A DNA stretch of 64,000 bases from Protoeuglena noctilucae (Eukaryota), in contig OY253672.1 in assembly GCA_958009085.1 (NCBI GenBank), positions 744,001 to 808,000 on the forward strand, read 5' to 3'. Positions 39,697-51,943 of the stretch are shown here, piece by piece (position 1 is the stretch's first letter; each line of letters opens with the position of its first letter). Under the pieces are notes generated by a model, which was not told where the DNA came from, did no database searches, and saw only the letters and a program-made list of their open reading frames with translations. Position numbers and translations under genes: made by a program.

Positions 39697-40607
39697 TCAC
39701 TTGTGGCCGACCACCTGGATGCCCACGGTCCTCCTCCGGGGCCCGTCGAGCTCGACGAGGAGGACGCTCTGCCACGTCCCGAGCGTCAGCTTACCCTCAT
39801 GCACAGGGATCGTCTCCGTGTTCCCGAGCACCATCGAGAGGAGGTGGCTGTGCGCGTTGGCGGGCTCCTGCGTTAGCAATCGAAGAAGGCTCGATCTGCA
39901 CCGGTGTCGCAGCCTGTGCTGGAGCTGCTGCCCCGCCGTGCCGCACCTGCTTGGCCCATGCCTCCCACCCGCCGGGCCAGCCCTCCGGCGCCTCTCGCAT
40001 GTGAAGGTCGTTGTGCAAGTATGGCATGGTCGGCGGTGCGAGGCGCGCCAGGAACTGGCGCACGTCGTCCACGAGCCGCGGCTCGTCTTCGTTGATGGTC
40101 AGCGCGGTTGTGGTGTGCCTAGACACGACGTGGACGAAGCCCTCGCGCACGCCAGCCTCGGCAATCGCCTGCCGGATGGTCGGCGTGATGTTGAAGAGCG
40201 CGATTCCTGCGGGCCGGGTTGGAAAGTGAGCAAGAGGGATCGTCGTGATGTTGAAGAGCGCGATTCCTGCGGGAAGGGGTGGAAATTGAGCAAGTGCGTG
40301 AAAAATCCGAGGTGACGCTGCTCAGACTCGGCAGAGAGGTCCAACCTGGCTTGGTGTCGAGCTCGACTTGCGTGTACTTGAAGATTGTCTGCTGGTCGGA
40401 CGCCATCGCGACGCCATCGCGCGGAGGTGAGGCTGCGGCGATCGTACCACGCATGCATCCTCGGCCACAGCCATCCTGAGCACGTGCGCCGCTGCTGCTG
40501 CAGCTTGGTCGCGGAGCTCTATCATGCTGGAAGCCGATTACAGCGTGGCGCGCCGTCGCCGAGCACATTGGGCGCGCATCGGGGGTCGAGCTGAGGAGGC
40601 CAGCCAT
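39697..40607 (-). CDS. YjbQ / UPF0047 (secondary thiamine-phosphate synthase family) protein
   Basis: [44 protein letters not shown]. Confidence 0.9.
40184..40294. repeat. Imperfect tandem duplication with 60-bp period covering an intron/exon junction
   Basis: cgtgatgttgaagagcgcgattcctgcggg...ggaaa.tgagcaag at 40184-40234 and 40244-40294. Confidence 0.9.
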
Positions 40608-40878
40608 GAGGCCTATCACGGAAAGACAGCCTGCTAGGAGTTACTTAAGAGACGATTTAGAGCTTTCAGACCGTCGGCCTGGAAGTTGATGGCCGCAGGC
40701 CGATTGGCTGGCAAATATCCGTGCCAGCAGAGTGTGCTCGTCAACTTTGGGCGCCCATCAGAGGCTCCTTGTCTCTTGGAGAGCACCTATGCACCCAGAA
40801 GTTTGCGCTGAAAATTCACAACCGCTCTGTCGTCCACTGAACATCGAGCAGTAGAGCTTTGTGCCCCATTCTCAAACC

Positions 40879-42040
40879 ATGCGGGCTTGTGGGAGGATCC
40901 GATCGCTGGCGGCCGTAGCGTCCGCACAATGGGCTGCCAAGGTCCCAGCAGGGGAGGTTCTTGGCCGCAGATTTCTCGGGGCGACCACCGAGGGCGTTGG
41001 CGTGCCGACGATATCCACGGAGCTCCCCGGCGAGAAAGAGAAGTTTTCCAAGCTCGCGGACAGATGGTGGGATCGCTGGGGTCCCTTCCGGTGCGCGGCA
41101 ACCGCTCGAGATCTTTGGAATTCGCTTCAGGTCCGCGTCGCTGTCCCTCCCGCACCTCGGCCCGATCGCCTGCCCGCGCAGAGCCTTGCACACAATGAAC
41201 GAGGTGCGCTGCTCGTTCATCCGAGATGCCATCCTCGCCGCGCGGACCGAGCAAGGCCAGGTCGGGTCGGGGAAGGTGCGTTGGCGAGACTCCCTTTGCT
41301 GCAGCAGTGACACCCAGCCCCGTTCCGCCCGCGCGCCTGCCGACCAAGCGTCTCCGGCGCCTTTCGCAGGAACCACTGCTCGGCGTTCGCCTCCTGGATG
41401 TCGGGTGCGGTGGGGGCCTGCTGGCCGAGCCCCTGGCACGCCTGGGGGCGACCGTGCTGGGCGTGGACATGGTAGAGGAGAGCGTGCGGGTCGCGGCGGA
41501 CCACGCTGCGCGGGACCCCGCGCTGGCCGGACGCCTCTCGTACCGCGTGGCCCGCGTGGAGGACCTGGCGGCCGAGGAGGCCGGCGCGTTTGATGCGGTG
41601 GTGGCGTCGGAGGTCGTGGAGCACGTCCGCGACCCGGCCGCGTTCATGGGGCACCTGGCTCGGGCGTGCGCCCCGGGCGGCACCGTCACGATCTCTACCA
41701 TCAACCGCACGGCCGCGTCCTGGGGCGCCGCGATTGTCGTGGCGGAGGGGGTGCTGGGCCTGGTCCCGCCCGGCACGCACCGCTGGGAGGCCTTCATCCG
41801 GTGAGCTTGCGGGACGTGCTGGCTGGCCGACGCCGCAGGCAGCGGGCGTCTGCAGCTCCTCGCCGCCCCCCTCGTCGCCTGTGCAGTCCCGAGGAGCTCG
41901 TCCTGATGGCGGAGGCGGCGGGCCTCGAGGCGCGGACTGCCACGGGCCTGGCCTTCAACCCATTGACGCAGCGCTGGGCGCCCACGGACGACATGTCCAT
42001 CAGCTACATGTTGGGCTTTGGGAAAGGGCAAGGAGGGTAG
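40879..42040 (+). CDS. COQ3: Ubiquinone biosynthesis O-methyltransferase (UbiG/COQ3)
   Basis: KFSKLADRWWD..GPF..LHTMN..R, LLDVGCGGGLLAEPLARLGA, FDAVVASEVVEHV, STINRT, PPGTHRW. Confidence 0.93.
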
Positions 42041-42346
42041 AACCCTACCCTTGCCCTCGGTCCGACAGCTGATGAGCGCCAAGACGTCTCCGTGTCGTTT
42101 CTCGACAATCAGGTGTCGATCCTGACGGCCACGCATCCGGGATCAACGACCTGGCCACCCAGTCGCCCAGACAGGTGACGACTCGCCGGGCGCGCCGTGG
42201 GATCGCGCCGCACCGAAGCTCGCATCGACATAGACATCGTTTAGTGTCGAGGGGCGACGGGGCGAGACGGGGCCGACGGCGGTGGCGAGTCGGCCAAGTG
42301 CCGGTCCCAACGACCTGCTCCCAATCCCGCTCGATCGCAGGCGGGA

Positions 42347-44431
42347 ATGTCGCAGCATCAGGAAGCGCCAGCTGGCGCCATGAAGTCCGTGGTGAGCTTC
42401 ATCGAGCCGCGCCTGGCCCAGAGGGGGAGCCCTCGCGACAGGGTACCGCCCGCCTGTTGCGCGCGTCATGGTGCCCCAGCCCTCAGCCCCAGCCCTCCCC
42501 GCAGATCGGCGCCGGCGAGCTCGGCGCCGACGAGCTGCGGAAGATCGGGAACATGCACCTGACCCGCGCCATCGAGCACTACTCGGACTTCGTCGTCGGC
42601 CGCGGCGAGGGCTCGTGGGTCTTCGAAGCGGGCGACACGGGGCGGAAGGCACTCGACTTCTCCACCGGCTACGCCACCGCCAGCACCGGGCACTGCCACC
42701 CCCGCGTGGTCCAGGCCATCAGCGAGCAGGCCGGGCGCCTCATCCATGGCGAGACGCGCGGCCCATGCATGCTCGACGCCCTCTGGGCATTCGTGTTTGC
42801 TGAGCTCTCCCCAATGCCATTTCATTTCTCTCGCCCCCGCCCCCTGCAGGCAACCCCCAGGTCTTCGCTCTGAACGAGCCGCTGGGCCTGCTCCTCTGCA
42901 AGCTGGCCAAAGTGATGCCGGAGGGCCTCGACAACTTCGCGCTCGTCAACAGCGGGTGAGCTCGCGGCGTCAGTCGGCCTGGCCGACTCGCGTGGCCGTG
43001 GGTCGCCCGCAAGGCATGCCTGCTCCTTGTCCGCAGCTCGGAGGCCGTCGAGTTTGCCGTCAAGACGGCGCGCATGCACACGGGCCGTGACGAGGTCATC
43101 TGTTTCCAAGGTGGCTACCACGGCCGGACGTTTGGCGCGTCGGCCTTGAGCTCATCGGAGGCACGCTTCCGGATGCGCAGCGGGTGAGTCGCGAAGGAAG
43201 AGGGTCGCGCGTGCCGTCATCCCGCCGCCCCCGCACCCTGTCATGTTGGTGCGGCCTCGTCCCTCGACCCAGGCCCAAGATGCCCGGGGTGCACACGGCG
43301 CCCTTCTCGCACTGCATGTGCTGCTCCGCATCCTCGGGCACGTGCTCCCGCGGCTGCTGCTCGTGCACCAAGGCGGACTGCTGCGACTGGTCGCTCCGTG
43401 AGCTGCACTGGATGCTCAAGACGGAGTGCGACCCGTCGGATGTGGCCGCCATCATCATCGAGCCCATCCTCGGGGAGGCAGGCGTCCTCGAGGCCCCCGA
43501 GGTGCGGCCACGGCTTTGGGGCGGGGCGCTAGCGGCCACTGCGTCGTCGCGACCTGGTGCGCGTTCACTGACGGGACGGGTGACGGGTGATGGTGCCGGC
43601 GATGCGCCTTCGGTCAGTCCCGCGACCTCGCAGGGCCTGCTGGACGGCATCCGCCAGATCTGCTCAGAGCACGGCATCATCATGATCGTCGACGAGATCC
43701 AGTCGGGGTCATGCCGCACGGGGAAGTGGTGGGCGCACGAGCAGATGATGCACGACGGCATGCCGGACATGATGCTCTTCGGCAAGGGCATTGGCTCCGG
43801 AATCCCCATCGCCGGCATCGCCACGCGCAAGGAGGTGTTCGACTCGTGCCACCCGGGCGCCATCGGGGGCACCTTCGTCGGCAACCCGATCGCGGCCGCC
43901 TGCGCGTGTGCGACCATCGACGTCCTGTGCGAGGAGAACCTGTGCCAGAACGCGTGCGAGCGCGGGAAGCAGATGATGGAGGGGCTCATGAAGCTCAAGG
44001 ACAAGAACATGGGCATCGTGGACGTGCGGTGAGCCCGTTGCCCTGGCCAGAGGGCAAAATGCAGCATGTTTCGAGCGCGGGGCAGGTGGCTGCAGCTCAA
44101 CGCGGTGGCTCGTCTCTGCCTCGCCTGCAGCGGCCGTGGCCTCATGATGGCCGTGCAGTTCTCGGACGAGTGCCCTGGCATGAAGCTCAAGGTCATGCAG
44201 GAGGCCCTCAACCGCGAGCTGCTCCTCCTGCCGGCGGGGCCGCCGGAGATCCTCCGCCTCCTGCCGCCCCTGGTGAGGTCCTCGCTGCTGCGCGGGCGGG
44301 CGGGCGGCCAGGTGCGTACGAGCCAGGTCATCTGATGTCAACCTGCTGCCACCTTCGCGCAGACGGTGACGGCGGAGGAGGTGGACATGGCGCTGAGCAA
44401 GTTCGAGGAGGCCATTGCGGCATGCAAGTGA
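42347..44431 (+). CDS. Class III PLP aminotransferase (4-aminobutyrate aminotransferase-like)
   Basis: LDFSTG..TGHCHP, NSGSEAVE, GGYHGRT, IIEPILGE, IVDEIQSG..RTG, FGKGIGSG (PLP Lys), GGTFVGNP, VR.GRGLM. Confidence 0.9.
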
Positions 44432-44771
44432 GCTTGTGCGTGGCGCGGCGCGGCGTGCAAGGCTGTATGGCGCAAGCGGCTGAGCGAGCGCGGTTAGCTG
44501 CATGAATGGCGTTGAAGGCGCAGCATTCCGATGATAAGAGCTCGGGGAATCTTATAAGCAAGGCCGAGTCAGTCCCTGTCCCGAGTCAGCCAGTTACAGT
44601 CCAAATCCAGGCCCTCTTCAAGCCTGGCGGGGACATCTTGACGCCGTAAACGACTCTTTGCATGCGATTGCTGTGCACAAAGGGTTTGTGCGGTTCCCCC
44701 TTCCGTCGCACTTGACGTGACATCCGCGCCCCGTTGAGAGCCGCTCGGCGCCGTCCCAGCGACGGGCCGGA

Positions 44772-47700
44772 ATGCTCCGGCTTGCGCGTAAAGTCGTCGA
44801 GTCGCGCGGTCTGGCGCACCGGCCCCAGGCGGTGGCGCGGAGCGGAGAATGGGCCTCGTGCAGCACCTCGGGCCGCAGCATGGGCGACTGGGTGCGTGCG
44901 GCCCCGCGAAGCGCGGCGGAGTCCGCACAGCATGCTTATCAGACGATTGTCGATGTCCTAGTGCCACTTGCTGGCCCTGCCGCCGCTCGCCGCGCCGGCG
45001 CAGCCCCACGCGTCGCGGAGTGGATTGCCGACGCCCCCCGCTCGGCCGCCCGCAGCGGGCGGGCCTGGAGTCGCACGAGACGGAGGAGGAGTCGCATCAG
45101 CTCAGCAGTCCGTACGGCGAGAGCCGTGCCGCGACGCCGTGGGTCCGCAGCGTCATCGTCGGGGCGCCGCTCATGCGCAATCCCAAGTACAACAAGGGCC
45201 TGGCCTTCTCCGAGGTGGAGCGGGACCGGTTATACCTCCGCGGTCTCATGCCGCCGGCCGTCATGACGCAGGAGGTCCAGAAGGAGAGGGTCCTGGCCAA
45301 CCTCAACGTGATGGAGACCGACTTTGAGAAGTATCTCTACCTGTCGAGCCTCCAAGACCGGAACGAGCGCCTCTTCTATCGGTGAGGGTCAAAACGCGCC
45401 GCGTGCTTCCGCTCGCGCTGGCCCGCACGCCGCGACGCGCGACGCTGTCCCGCTGGCACCCAGGGTGCTTACGGATCACATTGAGGAGCTGCTGCCGATC
45501 GTGCACGAGCCGACCATGGGCCGCGCGTGCCTCAAGTACGGCCTCATGTTCAAGAACATGCCGCGGGGGCTCTTCATCAGCCTCAAGGACCGGGGCTACG
45601 TTCGTGGCATCTTCAAGGCAAGGCATGGCGTGCCTAGCCGCACCCTAGACTCTCCCCCTGCCGCGCCCTCCGCCACCGCCTCGCAGCTTGAGCGCCTGCA
45701 CACGCACAGATGCGCGTGCCCTCGTCGCCCACCTGCAGAATTGGCCCGAGAGGCGGGTGCGTGCCATCGCCATCACTGACGGCGAGAACATCCTGGGCCT
45801 CGGGGACCTGGGCATACAGGGCATGGGCAGCAGCGTGGCCACGCTTGCGTGCTACACGGCGTGCGCAGGGTGGGTGCAGCGACGCTTTGCGCGGAAGCGG
45901 GGGCTGCGCTGGTGTACGGGCGGCCCAACGGGGCAAACTGCACGCCCCTACCGTCGACGCCGGTTTGTCAGAGAAAGGCTCCTTGCGATGCTTGCGCGCA
46001 GGGTGGTCCCGCACTTCACGCTCCCCGTGACGCTGGACGTTGGGTGCAACAACGACGGCCTGCTGAAGAGCCCGTTCTACGTGGGCCTCAAGCGCCGCAG
46101 GGCCGTGGGGGAGTCCGTCACGCTCCTGTGGGACGAGGTCATTGGCGCTGCCCAGGTTAAGGGAAGGCCGGCTGTTGGAGAGCAGCTGGGCGACTGCGGT
46201 GGGGGTTGCAGCATTGGTGGCCATCAACGGTAGCCATGCATGAGGACGCACAGCTGCGTGTACCCAATCAATGTCCCTGTGATGTCCCAGCTACCCTGTG
46301 GCTGCTTCCGTCGTCCTGACAGGCTGACGCACCCTGCACGCCCCGCCCTCTCTCCCCGCCCCCAGCGTCGCTATGGCAACTCGGTCGTGATCCACCTCCA
46401 CCACATGGAGCCTCGGATGGCCGAGCGCATCCTCGCGAGGCACCGCAGCACCGCATCCATCTTCTCCGACGAGATCCAGGCAAGCCATTGGGAGCATTTG
46501 AATCTGGCTGCCGAGAGGCCCGGGGAGGGTGGGCTGCGAGGCAGATGCCATGGTGTGGGGCCTCGCCCGCAGGCTTTCCCGGCGACCGTGCTGGCGGGGC
46601 TGATGGCCGCGGCTCCTCTGACGGACCGCACGCTGGAGAGCCACACCTTCATGGTGGTCGGGGACGGCGACATGCCCGCGCACTTGGCGGAGATGATCAC
46701 GTACCACTTGGCGAGGACCAAGGGCCTCCCGGCCGCGTCCGTGCGGCAGCAGGTCTTCCTGGTCGACAGCGGCGGCGTCCTCAACCGCGCGCGCGCCAAC
46801 ACGCTCTCCGAGGCACAGCTCCTCTACGCCAACGTCGGGGAGTCGGGTGAGAGGACACCTATCATATCTGCCGACGTGCCGACGTTTGTGACCTTCTGTG
46901 CCCTCTGCCGGGTGCTAGACATGCCGCTGGCATCTCGTGGTACCGGCCCCCGGTCCCACCGTATGCATGTGAGCCCCGTCCCACATCACTTGCGCGCCGC
47001 CACCCGCAGCGGCGACGCTGGAGGAGGCCGTCAAGAAGTTCAAGCCCTCGGTGCTGATTGGCTGCTCGCTCAGCAACCGGGGCGCGGGGGAGTCGCCGTC
47101 CAACCTCCTCTTCAACGCGACCATCTGCGAGGAGATGGCGGCCCTCAACCGACGGCCCATCATCTTCTCGCTTTCCACCCCCGAGCAAGACGCCCTCGCC
47201 GAGGTGAGCCGACGACGTATTCGCACCAACCACATGAGTCAGCGCGCCCGATGCCGTCACGCCCTCGGTCACGCCCTGTCCCGACTTAAAAGGTCTCAAG
47301 ACTCAATGCCCGATCTAAAAGAGAGCCACGGTGACCCCTCGTGCATGCTCCCCGCAGAACGTCTATCGCTGGACTCAGGGGCGCGCCGTCTTTGCCGGCC
47401 GCGACCACGGCGTGTCGGTCAAGCTTCCCTCCGGCGCCGAGCTCGCCCCGCGCCCCTGCCTCTCCGCCCTGGTCTTCCCAGGCATCGTCCTCGGGTGCAA
47501 CGCCTCGGGAGCCGTCCGCATCCACCAGGACATGTTCCTGGCAGCCGCTGAGGTGGGCGCTTTGCTTTCAGCATGCACCTGGGACTGCACGAAGCATGCA
47601 CGTGGAGTGAAAGCGACCACCCCATGTTGTGTCCATCCCTGCCACTCACAACCATCGATGTCCACTCCACATCCGTTCTACTCCCACCCGTGCTCCTACC

Positions 47701-48116
47701 TGTCGTGCCCACTCCGTGCCCCTCCACACCCTGTCATGCCCCTCCCCGCCCACCCCAGGCCGTCGCGAGCTTCGTCACCGAGGAGGACCGCGCCCGGGGG
47801 GCCGTGTTCCCGTCGCTGTCCAAGTCGAGGGAGCTCGCAGCCCACGTGACCCGCAAGGTGGCGGAGATCGCCTACAAGGACGGCGTGGCCTCCAACCTGC
47901 CCAGGCCCGTCAACCTGCTCGAGTACGCCAAGCTCGTCATGTACGACACACGCTACAGGTGAGCGACGGCATGCTGGCAGCGCTCCATGGCAGTGCTCCA
48001 CGCTTGGCATCGTGTACAGCGGGACTCACACGACGGTTCAGACGAGAGCCTTGTCCGGGGACTTGCCATGTGGACGGTGCCTTGTCGCCTCGCTCCCTCG
48101 CAGGCCGTACCGATGA
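44772..48116 (+). CDS. Malic enzyme homologue (NADP-ME-like) with degenerate active site
   Basis: PKYNKGLAF..LRGLMPP, LQDRNERLFY, TDGENILGLGDLG, TLDVGCNN, RPIIFSLS; catalytic positions substituted (see findings). Confidence 0.9.
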
Positions 48117-48204
48117 GGCCCGGGCTGGCTGGCCGAGGAGCCAGGCACGACGTTCCGACTCTATGAGAATGCCGATGCTTCGAGCCACCATGAAACACCG
48201 CCAT

Positions 48205-49470
48205 TCAATCGCCGCTTTCGTCGATCGCAATTGCCGCTCGCGTTCGCCTCTGCCGCCGCGACAGCCGCAGCACCATGATGTCGTCAGCGGTGAAGCGCGG
48301 GTGCCACTCCTCTCGCCCCAGCCGCTCCGTCGTCAGCCCCACTCGCTCGCATTCCTTCTCAAACATGTCCTGGGCGCGGTCGTTCCGCCCATGCGCCACT
48401 AGGCACTCGGTGCTTGCGCCGCAGCACCCCGCCAGCGTCTGCGTGCGTGCGAGAAGCACAGGACCACCTCAACAGCCACGCCATATTTTCCGAAGTCCAT
48501 AGACGGTTTTGGGCTAAACACCGCCTCACCTTGACGAGGGCCTGCATGGTGGCTGTGTCGTCCAAATACATCACGTCGCATGCCACCACGAGGTCCAACG
48601 GCGCGCCCTGCGTCAGGACCTCGACGCCAGATCCCCAGGCGTGCTCCACCACCGTTACCGTGTCAGACAGGCCGTTGACCTGCACGTTCTTCCTGCGTGG
48701 GGACCCGAGATGGGGCATGCCTGTCGACCGTCGCAAGAGGGTGCAGCAGTCGGGCAGTACAGGGGAAGGATCAGGAGCTCAGGTATTGACCGCATACAGC
48801 AGCCACGTACCTGAGCAAAGTGAGGTTGTCGCCCAGGTCGGAAGCGACCACAGATGTCGCTCCCAGGGCGGCCATGACGATCGCCACGATGCCACACCCG
48901 GCAGACAGGTCCAGGCACCGCCTCTCCGCGACCTTGGCAGGATGTGCCTCGAGGAGTTTGCTGGCGTGCAAGAGGTGCTGAGGGCGCTTCAGTCTCCACA
49001 GCTGGGGGTCGCGCCCTGCCAGGGGCGCTAAGCCTCGCCGAGCCCCACCTGACGGCGATGGAGGAGTCCCAGACGGTGCTCGCAAAGCCCTGAGCCGAAA
49101 AAGACGCTTGGTGGACGAGGAAGGTGCGCGAGGGCAGGGAGGGAGGCCCAGGGCTGGGGTCCATGCTGTACTTACACGGCCGCTGGAATCGCAGCTTGTC
49201 CGGAAGATGCTCCCGCTTCCATCCCCACGCCGACAGCCACTCCTGGGCTTCCCCCTCGTCCCTCGCCGCCGGCCCCGCAGTCCGGTGCGCAGCTCTCCTC
49301 GACGCATCCCCGTCTCCCTCCGCCCCTGCAACAAGGCGATGCGATACATATCAAGCTTTGCCTCTGTGACACGGCGATGCGATACATGTTAAGGATAGCC
49401 GCCTTTTGGCTGGGCTGCAGGGGGTGCTCTTGCCTGGACCCGAGTCTGCCTCCCTCGCGCGTTTGCGCAT
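48205..49470 (-). CDS. METTL21-like (Methyltransf_16) protein methyltransferase
   Basis: STVWDSSI, CLDLSAGCGIV, VASDL, HAWG, DLVVACDVMY. Confidence 0.85.
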
Positions 49471-49845
49471 GATGGATGGTGAAGAGGATGCACAGAGGCT
49501 ATTAGCACGGTAAGGAAGATGCACAGAGGCTATCAGCAAAGGGCCAGAATGGGTCGGTGTGAGGAGGCTTGGGCCACAACTTCGCGACGCCGTGTTCCAG
49601 CAGGAACAGCTGACGCAATGCTTGCTGCTCGCTCCGCTCGTCCGAGTCCCCGGCACTCTCTGGTCACGGTTCCATCCATCCTGGCCTCGTATTCTCCATC
49701 GCACAAGGCGCAGGCGTTTTGTGCGTTGCACGTTCAAAGTAACGAGGCGGATTTCATCACCTGACAACGATACAGTCTGAGTGGGATTCGCGAGCTTTGT
49801 GTGTGCATCTCGATCCCTACAGGGCCGCAAAGCGTCGGCCGGGAG

Positions 49846-51494
49846 ATGGCGGAGAAGGCGCTGGCACGCCTGCACGAGGTGGTGAGGCCATTGCCGCAGG
49901 ATGCGCGTGCCGGGGATGCGCCGATGGAAGCGTGGGGGTTCTTAGGTCAAGCGAGCATCGGCTTGCTTTCGCGGCCGCGACCCCAGCTGCGCATCTGCCT
50001 GCCTCGTGCACCAAACGCATCGATGCCGTGCTGGGCGCGCAGGTGCTCCGAGAGTACCACGCCGTGAGTTACAAATGGCTCTCCCGGGATCAAGGCATCA
50101 GCCCAAACCAGGCCAAAAGGTGCTTGGGGGCGGGGGGACCTCGTGCTGAGCCACGCTTCGCGCGCTTCGCATCGCCCCAACCCCCGCGCTCGTCAAAAAC
50201 TACCCCGCCGCGCAGATGCCTGTTCAAGTTCGCGCGTGACGCTGGCGACAAGGTCATCTGCACCTACTGCGTCACGGGGCGGCACCTCTCGGGGGTGGGC
50301 GTGACGCTGGTCGTCGGGGCCGACCGCCTGGAGGAGGCCAAGCGGAGCCTCGAGCACCTCACGGGCATCCATGTTCACTGGTGAGCGACGGCGTCGCGCA
50401 GTCTCGCTCTTTCATGGCCCCCAGCGACCCAGGGCATGGCATCCGCCGTCTGCGGCCCTGCCCGCAGTGTCCATCCTCGCGCCGCGGGCGCCCTCGGCTC
50501 CGCACCGCACCTGGCCCTCGAGCTCGACCAGGCCGAGTCGCTGTACCAAGACCTGGTGGCTCGCAAGCGGCCCAACGCGCTCGTCGCCCCCACAGCCCGG
50601 GACGTGGCCTTTGACCCTCACTGGGGCTCGGCCGGGACCCGCCCAGCCGCTCCCTTGGCGCCGGAGCACGTGGGACAGGCGGCGCCGGCACCCTCGAAGG
50701 GAGCGGTGGCCAAGGAGGCACCCCACAAGCCGGGGAACGCACCTGCCCCGGACGCCGGGCAGGGCAAGGCCCCCGTGACGCAGCCCAAGGGCGAGGCGAC
50801 GAAGGCGGCGTCGGGCAAGGTCGCTGCCATGTTCGGCGCGGCGCAGCGCAAGGCTCCTGCCAAGGACTCGGCCGCTCGCCCTGGTCAGGGAGGGGCAGAG
50901 CCCAAGGCCGGTGCGGTTGCGCCCGGCAAGGAGTCGGCTGCAGGGCCAGCGTCCCGCGCGGCGATGGAGGACGAGGAGAGCGAAGAGGACGAGATGGCGC
51001 GGAGCAAGCGTTGGAGGGCCGCCGTGATCGACTCCGAGTCGGAGGACGAGGCGGGCGCGGCGGGGCCGGCTCACGCAGGCGGCGGCGGCGGCGCGGCGCC
51101 GGCAGCGACCGGGGGGCGGCAGGGCCGCAAGCTGAGGAAGGAGGAGCGCGTGACGCTGGACGACCGGGGGCGCGAGACGGTCGAGGTGGTCTGGGTGGAC
51201 GCCGTGACGGGCGAGGTGGTCAGCGAGGGGGCGGGCGCTCCGCGTGAGGCCGGGGATGCGGCGGGGTCCGGGGGTGCGCAGGCCGCGGAGGGGCCCCGCG
51301 AGGGCCCGGCGCCGGCGCAGGCGGGCAGCACCAAGGGTGGCGCCGGACCCAAGGCGGGCTCCGAGCCCTCCCTTCCCAAGGGAGGACCCGGACGGCCGGC
51401 GAAGGGCGGCGTCGTCAAGGGGAGCGGGAAGGGTCAGGCCGCTCAGGGAGGAAAGCAGCAGAAGACGGTCCTCAACTTTTTCCAGAAAAAGTGA
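49846..51494 (+). CDS. POLD3: DNA polymerase delta subunit 3 (Cdc27/Pol32)
   Basis: N-terminal VSYKWLSR..ISPNQAKR.LF, low-complexity middle, C-terminal PIP box QKTVLNFF. Confidence 0.88.
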
Positions 51495-51943
51495 TGGGAC
51501 TTTCGTTTTCCAGGCCCCCATGCGTGCAGCACCCGCGGCCTGTAGGCGCAGGATAGCCTTGGCGGCCGCCTCTGCCGTCGCGGCGATTGAACCACGCGCT
51601 CTGGGTCGGGTGTGCCCTGCCAGTGTGCAGCTTGCTGGCGGGGACCGCAGGGGCCCCCTCAGCGCTCCCCCGCGCGCGCGCCTGCCAGTGCGCGCTTTGG
51701 AGGGTTGTCGTTTGCGCGGCACAGGGCCGTTGCTCCGCTGCCTCGTCCTGCCCCGTCTGTCCCCTCAGCCCGGCCCCCAGGGTCCGCCGAGCGCCGCTTG
51801 CCCTTCGAGCCCGCGCCTCCGACGCCTTCCGGGCTCGAGGAGGGCGGAGCAGGTCTCCGGGCCCGCGAATTCTCGCGGGCGCTCGACTCCTCGGCCAAAC
51901 CCCGGCGCACGGGCCCCGCGCGCAGCGCCCAGGCCAGCCCGGG

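Noticed and set aside
24878..48116. Apparent NAD-metabolism cluster (sirtuin, NAD kinase, NUDIX, malic enzyme)
   Set aside because: Interspersed with unrelated housekeeping genes and probably in different compartments; consistent with chance
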